Below, piece by piece: positions 8,346 through 21,233 of a DNA stretch of 64,000 nucleotides. The stretch covers positions 5,087 through 69,086 of the forward strand of contig JAZUSP010000047.1 of NCBI GenBank assembly GCA_045606805.1. Direction: 5' to 3'. The first letter of the stretch is position 1; every line of letters begins with the position of its first letter. Origin of the DNA: Elusimicrobiaceae bacterium. GTDB lineage: Bacteria > Elusimicrobiota > Elusimicrobia > Elusimicrobiales > Elusimicrobiaceae. The position numbers were made by a program, and so were the translations under genes. Below the pieces are notes generated by a model. That model was not told where the DNA came from and searched no databases. It saw only the letters and a list, made by a program, of their open reading frames with translations.

Positions 8346-9263
8346 ATGGACGAAAAACACTTCAAAAGCGGTTTTGCCGTACTGGCCGGGCTGCCCAATG
8401 CGGGTAAGTCCACGCTGCTCAATCAAGTGGCGGGCGGGTTACTCAGTGCTGTTACGCACAAGCCCCAAACCACGCGCCAAAACATTTTGGCAATTAGCGA
8501 GGGGGAAAACTACCAAATTGTGTTTGTGGACACCCCCGGATTCTTAACGCCTAAGTATAAGCTGCAGCAAACCATGGCCGATTGTGTGGACCGCGCCGTG
8601 CAGGAAGAAGCCGACGTGGTGCTTTTTTTGGTGGACATTACCGCGGATTACGAAGAAAACGCCAAGCTGGTGGCTAAGCTTAAAAAAGTGTTCTGCCCCA
8701 TTTTCCTCGTCTTGACCAAGTTGGATTTACTCAAAGACCGCGCGGCCATGGACGCGCTGGAAGAACGCGTTAAAAAAGACTTGCCCATTGCACAGGTAAT
8801 TCACGTTTCGGCTACCAAGGGTATTGGCATTGGAAAACTCAAAAACGCGGTGGCGGACGTGTTGCCGCTGAGCCCGGCGTATTTTCCGGCCGGCCAGTGG
8901 ACGGACCGTTGGGAACGCTTTTACGCGGCCGAGTTTATCCGTGAGCAAGTTTTCCTGTTGTACGAGCAGGAAATCCCGTACAGCACGTACGTGGAAGTGG
9001 AAAAATTTACCGAGAATTTGGGCCCCAAAAACTTTATCCGTGCCATCATCCACGTGGAGCGCGAGAGCCAAAAGCCCATCATCATCGGCAAGGACGGTAG
9101 TATGATTAGACAGTTGCGCGAGCGTAGCCAAAAGCGCGTGGAAGAATTTTTGGGCCGCCCGTGCCGCGTGGAACTGGGGGTCGTGGTATCGCCGGATTGG
9201 CGCAACAACAAGGCCAAGTTAGAGCAGTTTGGCTACCTGGACAAAGACCCGCGCGACATGTAA
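8346..9263 (+). CDS. era: GTPase Era
   Basis: GLPNAGKSTLLN, KPQTTR, DTPG motifs and C-terminal KH domain (EIPY, IIIGKDG). Confidence 0.97.
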   Translation: MDEKHFKSGFAVLAGLPNAGKSTLLNQVAGGLLSAVTHKPQTTRQNILAISEGENYQIVFVDTPGFLTPKYKLQQTMADCVDRAVQEEADVVLFLVDITADYEENAKLVAKLKKVFCPIFLVLTKLDLLKDRAAMDALEERVKKDLPIAQVIHVSATKGIGIGKLKNAVADVLPLSPAYFPAGQWTDRWERFYAAEFIREQVFLLYEQEIPYSTYVEVEKFTENLGPKNFIRAIIHVERESQKPIIIGKDGSMIRQLRERSQKRVEEFLGRPCRVELGVVVSPDWRNNKAKLEQFGYLDKDPRDM

Positions 9264-9267
9264 CTTT

Positions 9268-10424
9268 TTATTTTCCCGCCGATAACCGCTGTGCGATTTT
9301 AGTAAGCATAGCGGTTAATTTTTTATACTGTTCCACGCCGTCGGGGTCCACAAACGGGAAACACGCAATGCGCAAGGAATTTTGCGCTACCGTGCGGTAT
9401 TTTTTCAGGCCGTCAGCCAGGTTTTGTTTGCCGGTAGTGCGTAGAATTTGCGCAATTTGTTCGCCGGTAATTTGCGGGTGTGTAATGGCTAGCGTAAACG
9501 TGGTGAACGAGCGGTATTTTTCGTCGGAAATCAGGGGTTTAAAATACGGGGATTGTTGCGCCCAGTTACCCAAATAATCGGCGTGAGCGCGGCACAGTTT
9601 TTCCATAGCACTTATGCCGCCGCGCGCTAGCATCCATTTGGCGGCTTCATTGGCCATCCATATATTGATGGTGCTGGGGGTATTTAGCGTTTGGAATTGG
9701 TCCGCGTACGCAAGCGCGTTACGCAAATCTAAAAAGAAGGGTAAGTTTCGCGCAGGGTGCTTTGCACGCTCTACAGCGCGCGGGCTAAGCACCATGGCAC
9801 ACGTGCCGCCGCCGGCCCCCAAACATTTTTGCAAGCCGAAAATTTGGATATCGTACGCGCCTTTGGGCAAACGCCGCCCGCCCGCACACGACGTAGTATC
9901 CCACGCCACCAGCGTATGGGGTCCGCGGTTTTGCCAAATGTGAAGCAAATACTCGTCGGGTAATTGAACGCCGGTAGCGGTTTCGTTTGGGGTCAGCAAA
10001 ACTAAACTGGCGTTGGCGTCGGGCAAACCTTGCGGCAAAAAGTGTTCGTCCGCCGTTACAAACGAACGTTTGATGTGGGGCACGCGCGCGGCTAAATCAG
10101 CACACCATAAGTGGCTAAACGCGCCGATATCCACGCCGGAAATGGTATCTTTGGCTAGGCTCCACAGTACGGCGTCCATAGCCGGGGTCACGCCGCCGGG
10201 GAAGAACAAAACGGTGTAATCTGGCGGAATTTCCAACAGCGTGCGCAGATTTTCCACGCACTCTTTGTAAAGACCGTCAAAGGTAATGTCGGCCGCGCGG
10301 TGGCTGCGCTCAAAAAAAGTCTCGTACAGGCGCGCGTTGCGCACAGAAGGCAACCCTTGCCCCGGCCCGCACGAAAAACTGGCAGTGGGGAGTTCTTCCT
10401 CGGTAAAAATCAAATCGTTGGTGT

Positions 10425-10428
<4 letters not shown>
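9268..10428 (-). CDS. serC: Class V PLP aminotransferase, probable phosphoserine aminotransferase
   Basis: FSCGPGQ N-terminus, NETATGV, WDTTSCAGG, FGLQKCLG (PLP lysine) and NTPS motif. Confidence 0.78.
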
Positions 10429-13304
<2,876 letters not shown>

Positions 13305-13384
13305 GGAAAACCTCACACGGGGTTTTTGCCCCGCTAACTTAAATATATTATATAATTTATTTAACTTACACCGGGAGTTTGCGT

Positions 13385-14434
13385 GTGAAAAAACCGCTTA
13401 AATACTTATTATATGGGCTGGGGATGGTGTTATCTATCGGCATTTTGGCCGTGATGATTTACCACGCCAAGGACAGCTTTATCAAAATTTGGCAGGGCGT
13501 TAAAACAAAATACCTGTTTTTGTCGTTATTATCGTCGGTACTGATTTACATTGCCATGGGCATGAGCCTCTACGAAATGCTGCGTATCATGGGCCGGCGC
13601 ATCAGCAAAAGTGCCGCTGTGGGCATTGCCTTAGTTTCCACGACGGTAAACTATTTGGTGTCCTCGCTCGGGGCCAGCGGGTTTGCCTTGCGTGCGCATC
13701 TGCTCAACCGCCGCCGCATCCCGTTTGGCATGTGCGTCACGGCCAGCATTGTAATAACCGTACTCTTATATTTTGTACTGGCCATTATCATTTTGCAAGG
13801 GTCTATTTTGATGCTGTTTAACTCGTCCACGACGCCGTGGCAGCTCTTGGAAAATTTCGGTCTGATTGCCGGGATGTGCATCGTATGTGTGCTGATTACG
13901 GCGTTTCTATTTAATGACGAGTGGCGCTCCAAATGGTTGCGCAAAGCCTTCCGTCTGCTTAACAAAGTGTTGTTCCACGGGTTTGGGGCGCTCATTTCCA
14001 AGGGCCGCTATGACGATTTTGCCGCGCAGTTGGACGAAGGCATTGACCTCATCCACCAAAAACGTCACAAATTGACCAAAGCAATTGTGTACGTCTGCGC
14101 CGATTGGTTTTTTACCATTATGGTGCTTTATTTTGCGTTCCGTGCGGTGGGGGTGATGATTTCGCCCGGCGTGTTGGTGGCGGGGTTTGCCGTGGGCATG
14201 GTGACGACGCTCATCCCCATTTTGCCCAGCGGCCTAGGCGCCATGGAGCTTGCCATGACGGCCGTTTTTAACCAAATGGGTATTGATTGGGATGCCGCTT
14301 TAATGGCTACGCTCATCTACCGCGTAGTCTATTACGTTATCCCCGGCATTGTGAGTATTTTTATTTACTGGGGGCTGCAGTTATCTTCCCCGAGTGATGA
14401 GCCCAAACGTAAACGCAAAGGGGCGCACGTATGA
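13385..14434 (+). CDS. Lysylphosphatidylglycerol-synthase TM domain / UPF0104 flippase-like membrane protein
   Basis: Multi-pass membrane protein with [14 protein letters not shown] and LIYRVVYY motifs; GTG start after GGGAG. Confidence 0.75.
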   Translation: MKKPLKYLLYGLGMVLSIGILAVMIYHAKDSFIKIWQGVKTKYLFLSLLSSVLIYIAMGMSLYEMLRIMGRRISKSAAVGIALVSTTVNYLVSSLGASGFALRAHLLNRRRIPFGMCVTASIVITVLLYFVLAIIILQGSILMLFNSSTTPWQLLENFGLIAGMCIVCVLITAFLFNDEWRSKWLRKAFRLLNKVLFHGFGALISKGRYDDFAAQLDEGIDLIHQKRHKLTKAIVYVCADWFFTIMVLYFAFRAVGVMISPGVLVAGFAVGMVTTLIPILPSGLGAMELAMTAVFNQMGIDWDAALMATLIYRVVYYVIPGIVSIFIYWGLQLSSPSDEPKRKRKGAHV

Positions 14435-14946
14435 TTGAAAAATTAGTCCACTTAACGCCGCAAATAGACGTAAGCGCATTTGTGCACAAAACGGCGGTGG
14501 TCGTCGGGCAAGTGACGCTGGGGGAAAATGTGTCCGTGTTCCCGTGTGCCGTTTTGCGCGGTGATATTGCCGCCATAACCGTGGGGGAAAACTCCAACAT
14601 TCAAGATAACGCCTGCCTGCACGTCAACTACAATGCGCCGTGCCAAATTGGACGCGGGGTCAGCGTGGGGCACGGGGCCGTGGTGCACGGCAGTAAAGTG
14701 GGCGATAACGTGATTATCGGCATGAACGCGGTCATTATGGAAAGCGAAATCGGCCCCAACTGCATTATTGGCGCCGGGGCGGTGGTACCGGCAGGGAAAA
14801 ATATCCCGGCGGGGTCCCTAGTCATGGGCGTGCCGGCCAAGGTCGTGCGGCCTCTCGACGAGGACGAAGTAAACGGCATTTTGCAAAACGCACACGAGTA
14901 CGTAAAAGCCATCCCGTTATATAAAGAGCAAACGCAAGAATTATGA
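14431..14946 (+). CDS. Gamma-carbonic anhydrase family hexapeptide-repeat protein (YrdA-like)
   Basis: VLRGD, NIQDNACLH, VGHGAVVHG and LVMGVPAKVVR motifs. Confidence 0.92.
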   Translation: MIEKLVHLTPQIDVSAFVHKTAVVVGQVTLGENVSVFPCAVLRGDIAAITVGENSNIQDNACLHVNYNAPCQIGRGVSVGHGAVVHGSKVGDNVIIGMNAVIMESEIGPNCIIGAGAVVPAGKNIPAGSLVMGVPAKVVRPLDEDEVNGILQNAHEYVKAIPLYKEQTQEL

Positions 14947-15308
14947 AGAAAATTGTTTTAATTGAAGATTCCAAAGTGTTGGGCACAGCCCTTGTGGGTG
15001 CGCTCAAAGTAGAAGGCATTGAGGCGCACTGGGCGCAAAACGGCGCGGCGGGGGTTTCCCTGGCCAAAGCGCAAAAGCCCGATTTGATTTTGCTGGATTT
15101 GATGCTGCCTAAACTAAGCGGATTTGACGTCTGTAAAATGCTTAAAACGGACAACGCCACCTGGCGCATCCCCATTGTGATTATGTCCACGCTGACGGAC
15201 CCGCAGTCGCGCGAGCGCGCCACCGAGGCCGGGGCCGATTATTTTATCCCCAAGCCCTACGACTTGGCGGCCACGCTGACGGAAATTAAAAAGATTTTGA
15301 AAATATAG
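14943..15308 (+). CDS. Single-domain response regulator (receiver)
   Basis: IEDS, PDLILLDLMLP and FIPKP receiver motifs, with no output domain. Confidence 0.93.
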   Translation: MKKIVLIEDSKVLGTALVGALKVEGIEAHWAQNGAAGVSLAKAQKPDLILLDLMLPKLSGFDVCKMLKTDNATWRIPIVIMSTLTDPQSRERATEAGADYFIPKPYDLAATLTEIKKILKI

Positions 15309-15316
15309 GAGAGAAT

Positions 15317-16375
15317 ATGGCTTTTGAAATAGATTACGTGTTTGAAATGCTTGAAATGAACGAGCCCGCGCAAGCACTCGCCGCGCTTAAAAAAGCGCGC
15401 AAAAAAGATGCGCAACTTTTGTTTTTGGAAGGCGAAGCGCACCGCCAGCTGGGCAGTTTTGAAACGGCGTTAAAAACGTACGCCAAGGCACTCAATGTGG
15501 CGGACGTGGCCGAAGAGCGCATGGACATTTTGCTTGCCATGTCGGCCTGTTACCGCACGTTGGGGCACGCCGCGCTTGCGTATGAATTGGCGTTGGAAAC
15601 CCTGGAAATGGCCAAAGAACTGGAAATGGATGATTACGGAATTCGCGCCATGCAGGAAATGGGGATGTCCTTGCGCGCCTGGGGAAAACTGGATGAGGCG
15701 CTTGAGCTTTTAGATGCCGTGTTAGCCGCCTATGTGCAACTTAAAGATTATGCCGGGCAAAGTTTTATCCACTGGGCCAAGGGGGGAATTTTCCGTCTGC
15801 AAGGCCATTTTGAAGAAGGCATTTTTCAGTTTAAAAAATCGGTGGCGTTGGCGCGCAAAGTGGGCGATAAAATTAGCGAGGCCTACGGCTACTGCGGCCT
15901 GGCGGGCATCAGCCGCATCTGCGGAAAAATTGACGCGTGCGTGAAAAATTATCAGCTGGCGGACCAAATTTTCAAAAATTCGCAAGACGTGTTTGGCAAA
16001 GCATACACCAACTGCGGCATGGCAAACGGACTACGCCAACAAGGCAAGTACGACGAGGCCCTGCGCCGCTATAACGTGGCCGATAAGCTCTACTGCGCCA
16101 TTGGCGATAAGGTGGATTTAGGCTTTGTAAAATGGGGCCGTGCCGACGTACTGCGCCGCAAAAACAAATTGGACCTGGCACTTAAAGACTTGCAAGAAGC
16201 ACGCGTGCTGTTTGATAACTCGGATGAGAAACGCGGGCAGATTTTAACAAAGTTGTCTTTGGCGCAAGTGTTGTATGCGCTGGGCCGCACCGACGAGGCC
16301 GAAGAACTTTACGACTTGGGGGTCAAGCAAGCCCGCGCCGAAAAACTCCACACGTATTTGGAAAGTTATACGTAA
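15317..16375 (+). CDS. Tetratricopeptide-repeat protein
   Basis: Repeated helical A/G-rich motifs (e.g. AYTNCGMANGLRQQGKYDEALRRY). Confidence 0.85.
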   Translation: MAFEIDYVFEMLEMNEPAQALAALKKARKKDAQLLFLEGEAHRQLGSFETALKTYAKALNVADVAEERMDILLAMSACYRTLGHAALAYELALETLEMAKELEMDDYGIRAMQEMGMSLRAWGKLDEALELLDAVLAAYVQLKDYAGQSFIHWAKGGIFRLQGHFEEGIFQFKKSVALARKVGDKISEAYGYCGLAGISRICGKIDACVKNYQLADQIFKNSQDVFGKAYTNCGMANGLRQQGKYDEALRRYNVADKLYCAIGDKVDLGFVKWGRADVLRRKNKLDLALKDLQEARVLFDNSDEKRGQILTKLSLAQVLYALGRTDEAEELYDLGVKQARAEKLHTYLESYT

Positions 16376-16405
16376 GCCAATATCAAGCAAGGAGCTATTT
16401 GTCAC

Positions 16406-16432
16406 ACACCCCCGCTTAAACCGCGGGGGTGT
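16406..16432. terminator. Terminator hairpin between the TPR gene and pilin 2
   Basis: ACACCCCCGC..GCGGGGGTGT. Confidence 0.75.
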
Positions 16433-16437
16433 AATTT

Positions 16438-17133
16438 TTAGTAATTGTATCGTATATTTTCTATAGGAGTGCTTTGTTCGGTTTCAGCTTGGCATATTTT
16501 ATGTTGTAGGGTTGTTGTATCGTTTCCATAGGCATAACAAGCTGTTTGTCCGGCATTTTTGTTGTTGTGATTAAGATTAATGAGGTAGCCTATTTGTCTG
16601 TTTCCGGCGGAATCATTTCGGATACAATAAACAGCTGTTTGTTCTTCTCTAATTTCCAAGATACATAATCCCCACGGGTAATAATGGACGCCGTAAATAT
16701 CATTTAACGTGGAAGACGTGGGAGTGGGAACATCTATGTCTAATTTGCTGATATCCGGGGTGTAGCTGTTGTTGGCTAAGTAATATACTTCCTCGGCATT
16801 GGCTAACGTTTTTACGAGGTTTTTAACGGTAGCAAAGCGGCTTTTGAGTACCGCTTTTTGGTACTGCGGCACCGCCACCGTGGCCAATATACCGATAATA
16901 AGTACCACGACTAACAACTCAATAAGAGTGAAAGCGCCGCTATTATATAAAGACGTCATTCCAAACCGGGGCATTGCTGTTGGCCCCGCCCCGTAGTGTC
17001 TTAATACGGGGTCTTGGAATCTTCCACGCATGTTGTTTATTAACGACAACGGCAAGCGTTGAAGATCCTGAATCGAGTTCAGGATGACTTGATTTTTTTG
17101 CGTTTGTCCCCGCCGGGTGTGTTTGTGTGTCAT
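16438..17133 (-). CDS. Type IV pilin-like protein 2 with repeat-derived leader
   Basis: A|[24 protein letters not shown] after a 67-aa leader. Confidence 0.92.
   Translation of the reverse strand: MTHKHTRRGQTQKNQVILNSIQDLQRLPLSLINNMRGRFQDPVLRHYGAGPTAMPRFGMTSLYNSGAFTLIELLVVVLIIGILATVAVPQYQKAVLKSRFATVKNLVKTLANAEEVYYLANNSYTPDISKLDIDVPTPTSSTLNDIYGVHYYPWGLCILEIREEQTAVYCIRNDSAGNRQIGYLINLNHNNKNAGQTACYAYGNDTTTLQHKICQAETEQSTPIENIRYNY
16955..17088. repeat. GTCATCC-type double-hairpin element with nested CCCCG..CGGGG insert, in the pilin 2 leader peptide
   Basis: GTCATTCCAAAC-[CGGGGCATT..CCCCGTAGTGTCTTAATACGGGGTC]-TTGGAATCTTCCACGC..GAAGATCCTGAATCGAGTTCAGGATGAC. Confidence 0.88.
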
Positions 17134-17410
17134 GTGTGTTCTCCTGTTATTTATTTATTTATCTGTTTAGGAACACACATAAAACGGCTGCTTTACTTGA
17201 GGCCTTGCAACGGAACTCATATAAAACAACCGCGGCATACCGCTTTTAAGGGCGGTAAACACTCGGCATAAAACGACGGGGTTATAAGGCCCGTTATCCT
17301 ATACCTGACACAGTTGTTTTTGGAGTTGCAAGGCACCGCGTGCGCAGTTCCCCGTTTCTTAAACGGTTCCAAAAACAGATAAAATTTACTACGTCTTTAT
17401 TATAACAAAA
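17134..17410 (-). ncRNA. Conserved structured 5' leader of pilin cassette, copy L2
   Basis: TATAAT -10, same 5' block, stems CCUUGCAAC/GUUGCAAGG and AAAACAACUG/CGGUUGUUUU, GAGUGUUU, downstream CAGCCGUUUU. Confidence 0.78.
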
Positions 17411-17436
17411 AACGCCCGCAAGTAGCGGGCGTTTTT
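17407..17436 (-). terminator. Terminator of the ispA-dxs-LOG operon, directly upstream of the pilin 2 promoter
   Basis: AAAAAACGCCCGC-AAGTA-GCGGGCGTTTTT. Confidence 0.8.
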
Positions 17437-17459
17437 AACATCTAACCAATCAGCCAAAC

Positions 17460-18275
17460 TTATTTCAAATCATAGAATTTGGCAATGATGTTCCACGCCT
17501 CTTTGGCGGTGTCCACAATCGGGCAGAGGTGTTTGTCGTCCATAGAAATTACGCCGTATTTGGCCAGCGCATCCACGTTGAATACGGTTGTCCAAAACTC
17601 TTTGCCCACCAAAATCACCGGGATGTTCTTCTTTTTTCCCGTTTGAATGAGGGTCAAAATTTCAAACAGTTCATCAAACGTGCCAAACCCGCCCGGGAAC
17701 ACCACAAACGCACGCGCACGTAGCACAAAGTGCAATTTGCGGATAGCAAAGTAGTGGAACAAAAAAGCCAGGTTTTGGGTAATATACGGGTTAGGTTCTT
17801 GCTCGTGCGGTAAGGTAATGTTAAGCCCAATGCTGCGCCCTCCGTTTTCGTACGCGCCGCGGTTGGCGGCTTCCATAATGCCGGGGCCGCCGCCGGTTAC
17901 AATGGAAAAACGGTCGCCGGCGTTGTCCACCACCAGTTTGGCAAATTGGCGGGCCTCGTCGTAGTATTTGCTAAGCGAGAGGAGCCCTTGCGCGGCTTTT
18001 ACTTTGTGTTGCAGGGTAATATCTTTGGGTTTTTTAGCTAACTTTTTTTGCGCGTCGGCCAGTTTGGCTTTGGCCTCGTCCTCTTCGGCAATGCGGGCAC
18101 TGCCAAAGCACACAATGGTTTCGGTTACGCCTTTTTTGCGGAAGTAAATTTCCGGCTTTAAGGTTTCCAGTTCCATGCGTACGGGGCGCAGGTCGTCGTT
18201 CTTCAAAAGCTCAACGTCTTCATAGGCTTTAATATACGAAGAAGTGTGTTTATTTGCTATCGCTGTTTTTTTCAT
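17460..18275 (-). CDS. LOG family nucleotide monophosphate phosphoribohydrolase
   Basis: FGSAR, TGGGPGIMEAANRGA and PGGFGTFDELFE motifs. Confidence 0.92.
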   Translation of the reverse strand: MKKTAIANKHTSSYIKAYEDVELLKNDDLRPVRMELETLKPEIYFRKKGVTETIVCFGSARIAEEDEAKAKLADAQKKLAKKPKDITLQHKVKAAQGLLSLSKYYDEARQFAKLVVDNAGDRFSIVTGGGPGIMEAANRGAYENGGRSIGLNITLPHEQEPNPYITQNLAFLFHYFAIRKLHFVLRARAFVVFPGGFGTFDELFEILTLIQTGKKKNIPVILVGKEFWTTVFNVDALAKYGVISMDDKHLCPIVDTAKEAWNIIAKFYDLK

Positions 18276-18283
18276 AAGTTCCC

Positions 18284-20140
18284 TCACTTAATTTTCCACT
18301 GCAAAATGTGTTTAACGAGCGCGGCCTCGCTAATGCCTACTTGGTCGTAAAGCAGCGCGGGTTTGCCGTGTGGCACAAATTCGTCGCCAATCCCCAGGCG
18401 CAGTAAGCGCGCGTTTTTGTGTGTGTCGGCCAGGTATTCGGCCACGGCCGAGCCAAAACCCCCGGCCAGCATATTATCTTCCACCGTGACCAGTTTGCCC
18501 GTGCGTTTGACGGCCTCGTCAATAAGAGCAGTGTCTAGCGGCTTAATAAAACGCATGTTGATGACCCCGGCGTCCACGCCTTTATCACGCAACATTTCGG
18601 CGGCTTTTAAGGCGGGGTGCACGCGACTACCGATAGCCAAAATCGTCACGTCTTTGCCTTTCGTGAGCCAGGTGCCTTTGCCGATATCCAGGGTTTTAAG
18701 TTCTTTGTCTATCGGCACGCCAAACCCGGCGCCGCGCGGATAGCGCAGCACAAAGGGCGCGTTGGCGGCAAAAGCGGTTTTTAACAGGTGGCCCATTTCG
18801 TTTTCGTCGGCGGGGGCGGCCATTATTAAATTAGGGATACTGCGCAAAAAGCTGATGTCAAATACGCCGTGGTGCGTGGGGCCGTCCTCGCCGACGAGCC
18901 CGGCGCGGTCCAGCGCAAAAACTACGGGCAGTTTTTGCAAGCAAATATCGTGCAAAATTTGGTCGTAGCAACGCTGGGCAAACGTGGAGTAAAGGGCAAC
19001 TAGCGGCTTTTGTCCGCCTGCGGCTAACCCGGCGGCAAACGTGGCGGCATGTTCCTCGGCAATGCCCACGTCAAAGTAGCGTGCGGGGAACTGGTCGCGG
19101 AATTTGTCGAGCCCGGTACCTTCGGGCATGGCGGCGGTAATGGCGCAAATTTTTTCGTCTTGTTCGGCCAGTTTGACTAGCGCGTTTGAAAACGCTTTGG
19201 TAAACGTAACCGCGCCCGATTTGCCTAAACTATCCCCGGTGTCCACGTCAAAAATACCTACGCCGTGAAATTTGGTCGGATTTTTTTCGGCGGGCTCGTA
19301 GCCCTTGCCTTTTTTGGTGACTACGTGGAGCATGACGGGCCCTTTGACGGTTTTTAACGTTTCCAATACTTCTAAAAGCGCGTTAATGTCGTTACCGTCC
19401 ACGGGGCCGAAGTACCGAAATCCCATTTCTTCAAAGAGAGTCCCCGGGAATAAAATGGAGCGCGCACGCTTAGCCAGTTTGGCGGCATTGTTGCCCAGCT
19501 CGTCAAAACGTTTTAAAAAGTTGGTGGCTTTTTCTTCGGCCAGTTGCACGTATTTGGTGGTTAAAAGTTTGGTTAAGGCCGTGCCAAGCGCACCCACACG
19601 CTGGGAGATAAACATCTGGTTGTCGTTTAAAATGACCAGCATATCCGTGCGCAAAAGCCCCGCGTTTTGCATGGCTTCATAGGCCATGCCGCCCGTCAAA
19701 CAACCGTCGCCCACTACGGCAATCACGCGGTGATTTTGGTGTTGTTGGTCGCGCGCGATAGCCAGGCCCAATGCGGCCGAAACTGCCGTAGAGGCGTGCC
19801 CCGCGCCAAATGCGTCAAATTCACTTTCACTACGTTTTGGAAACCCGCTTAAACCGCCTTTGGTGCGAATGGTGGAAAATTCTTTTTGCCGCCCGGTGAG
19901 GAGCTTGTGCGCATAGGCCTGGTGGCCGGTATCAAACACAATTTTATCGTCGGGCGTATTATAGACGTAGTGCAAGGCCGTAATGATTTCCACCGCCCCT
20001 AAGCTGGACCCCAAATGCCCGCCGTTTTTACTGGCAGTTTTGATGATAACGTCGCGCAGTTCCTGGCACAGCGTGGGCAGGTGTTCTTTTTTAATCAGGC
20101 GTAAATCGTGCGGGGTTTGGATGCTGGGCAGAACTTTCAT
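18284..20140 (-). CDS. dxs: 1-deoxy-D-xylulose-5-phosphate synthase
   Basis: GGHLGSSLG, DTGHQAYAHK, GDGCLTGGMAYEA, GIAEEHA and DRAGLVGEDGPTHHG motifs. Confidence 0.98.
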   Translation of the reverse strand: MKVLPSIQTPHDLRLIKKEHLPTLCQELRDVIIKTASKNGGHLGSSLGAVEIITALHYVYNTPDDKIVFDTGHQAYAHKLLTGRQKEFSTIRTKGGLSGFPKRSESEFDAFGAGHASTAVSAALGLAIARDQQHQNHRVIAVVGDGCLTGGMAYEAMQNAGLLRTDMLVILNDNQMFISQRVGALGTALTKLLTTKYVQLAEEKATNFLKRFDELGNNAAKLAKRARSILFPGTLFEEMGFRYFGPVDGNDINALLEVLETLKTVKGPVMLHVVTKKGKGYEPAEKNPTKFHGVGIFDVDTGDSLGKSGAVTFTKAFSNALVKLAEQDEKICAITAAMPEGTGLDKFRDQFPARYFDVGIAEEHAATFAAGLAAGGQKPLVALYSTFAQRCYDQILHDICLQKLPVVFALDRAGLVGEDGPTHHGVFDISFLRSIPNLIMAAPADENEMGHLLKTAFAANAPFVLRYPRGAGFGVPIDKELKTLDIGKGTWLTKGKDVTILAIGSRVHPALKAAEMLRDKGVDAGVINMRFIKPLDTALIDEAVKRTGKLVTVEDNMLAGGFGSAVAEYLADTHKNARLLRLGIGDEFVPHGKPALLYDQVGISEAALVKHILQWKIK

Positions 20141-20149
20141 ACGCACTCC

Positions 20150-21160
20150 TTAATACGTTCTTGTCTTAAAAAACTCGGCCATTTCATAAAGCGGCCACAG
20201 GTTTTTTTGTTTGGCGGTTTTGAGTTTGCTAAGCGCTTTTTGGGCGTTGGCAATTAAAAGCTGGGCATGTTTGCGGCTGCCCTCTAAGCCAAACAGGCTG
20301 ACGAACGTGAGCTTGCCGTTTGCTTTATCACTATTAGATTTACCGAGCTGTTTGGCACTGGCCGTGACGTCTAAAATATCGTCCACAATTTGGAACACCA
20401 GCCCAATGCAGTTGGCGTAGGTTTTAATGTATTTTAAATCGGCCCCTTTGGCCCCGGCCAGTAGCGCGCCGGTTTCCACACTGCCGCGGATGAGCGCGCC
20501 CGTTTTGTTGGCGTGAATGTAGCGCAAAATAGTTTCGGGTGTCGTTTCGGCCGCGGTGGGGGGGAGCATAAAGTAACGTAGTGACTTATCGGCCAGTAAC
20601 TTGGACGACTTTTTGAGCTTTTCCGCGCGCACGCTTTTGGCCTCTTGCGTGCCCATGCCTTCGGCATACAAGTCGGCGGTTTGGCCGCCTACCATGCCCG
20701 CGGCGCCGGCACAGTTTGCAAAATTTTGAAGGGCGTTTAAGGTGTTTTCGGCGCCAATCGTTTTTACTTTGCCGTTTTGCGCAAACACTTCAAAGACGTA
20801 TGTGAGTAGCGCGTCGCCCGCCAACAAGGCCAAATCCTCGCCGAACACTTTGTGGTTGGTGGGTTTGCCGCGGCGCAAGTCGTCATTATCCATACAAGGC
20901 AAATCGTCATGGATTAAAGAATAAGTGTGCAGCATTTCCACGGCGCACGCGGCGGGCAGTACGTCGGCCGCTTTTTTGCCGAATGCCTCAGCGGTGGCCA
21001 TTAAAAGGATGGGCCGCACGCGTTTGCCGCCCGCTTGGAGCGAATAGTTCATAGCGTCGGTCAAAATCTTGGGCGAATTTTTAATTTTGGAAATGTATTT
21101 AGCCAAATTTTTCTCTACCAATTTGGCCCGTTCTTTTTGGTACGCATCAAATTTATTCAT
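20150..21160 (-). CDS. ispA: Polyprenyl diphosphate (farnesyl/geranylgeranyl) synthase
   Basis: GGKRVRP, SLIHDDLPCMDNDDLRRG and FQIVDDILD motifs; adjacent to dxs. Confidence 0.93.
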   Translation of the reverse strand: MNKFDAYQKERAKLVEKNLAKYISKIKNSPKILTDAMNYSLQAGGKRVRPILLMATAEAFGKKAADVLPAACAVEMLHTYSLIHDDLPCMDNDDLRRGKPTNHKVFGEDLALLAGDALLTYVFEVFAQNGKVKTIGAENTLNALQNFANCAGAAGMVGGQTADLYAEGMGTQEAKSVRAEKLKKSSKLLADKSLRYFMLPPTAAETTPETILRYIHANKTGALIRGSVETGALLAGAKGADLKYIKTYANCIGLVFQIVDDILDVTASAKQLGKSNSDKANGKLTFVSLFGLEGSRKHAQLLIANAQKALSKLKTAKQKNLWPLYEMAEFFKTRTY

Positions 21161-21233
21161 AAAAACCCTCTAGTTAGGTATATATAAGTATTATACCTAA
21201 TTATGGGTGTGAAAAGGCATTTTGCTTGATTGG

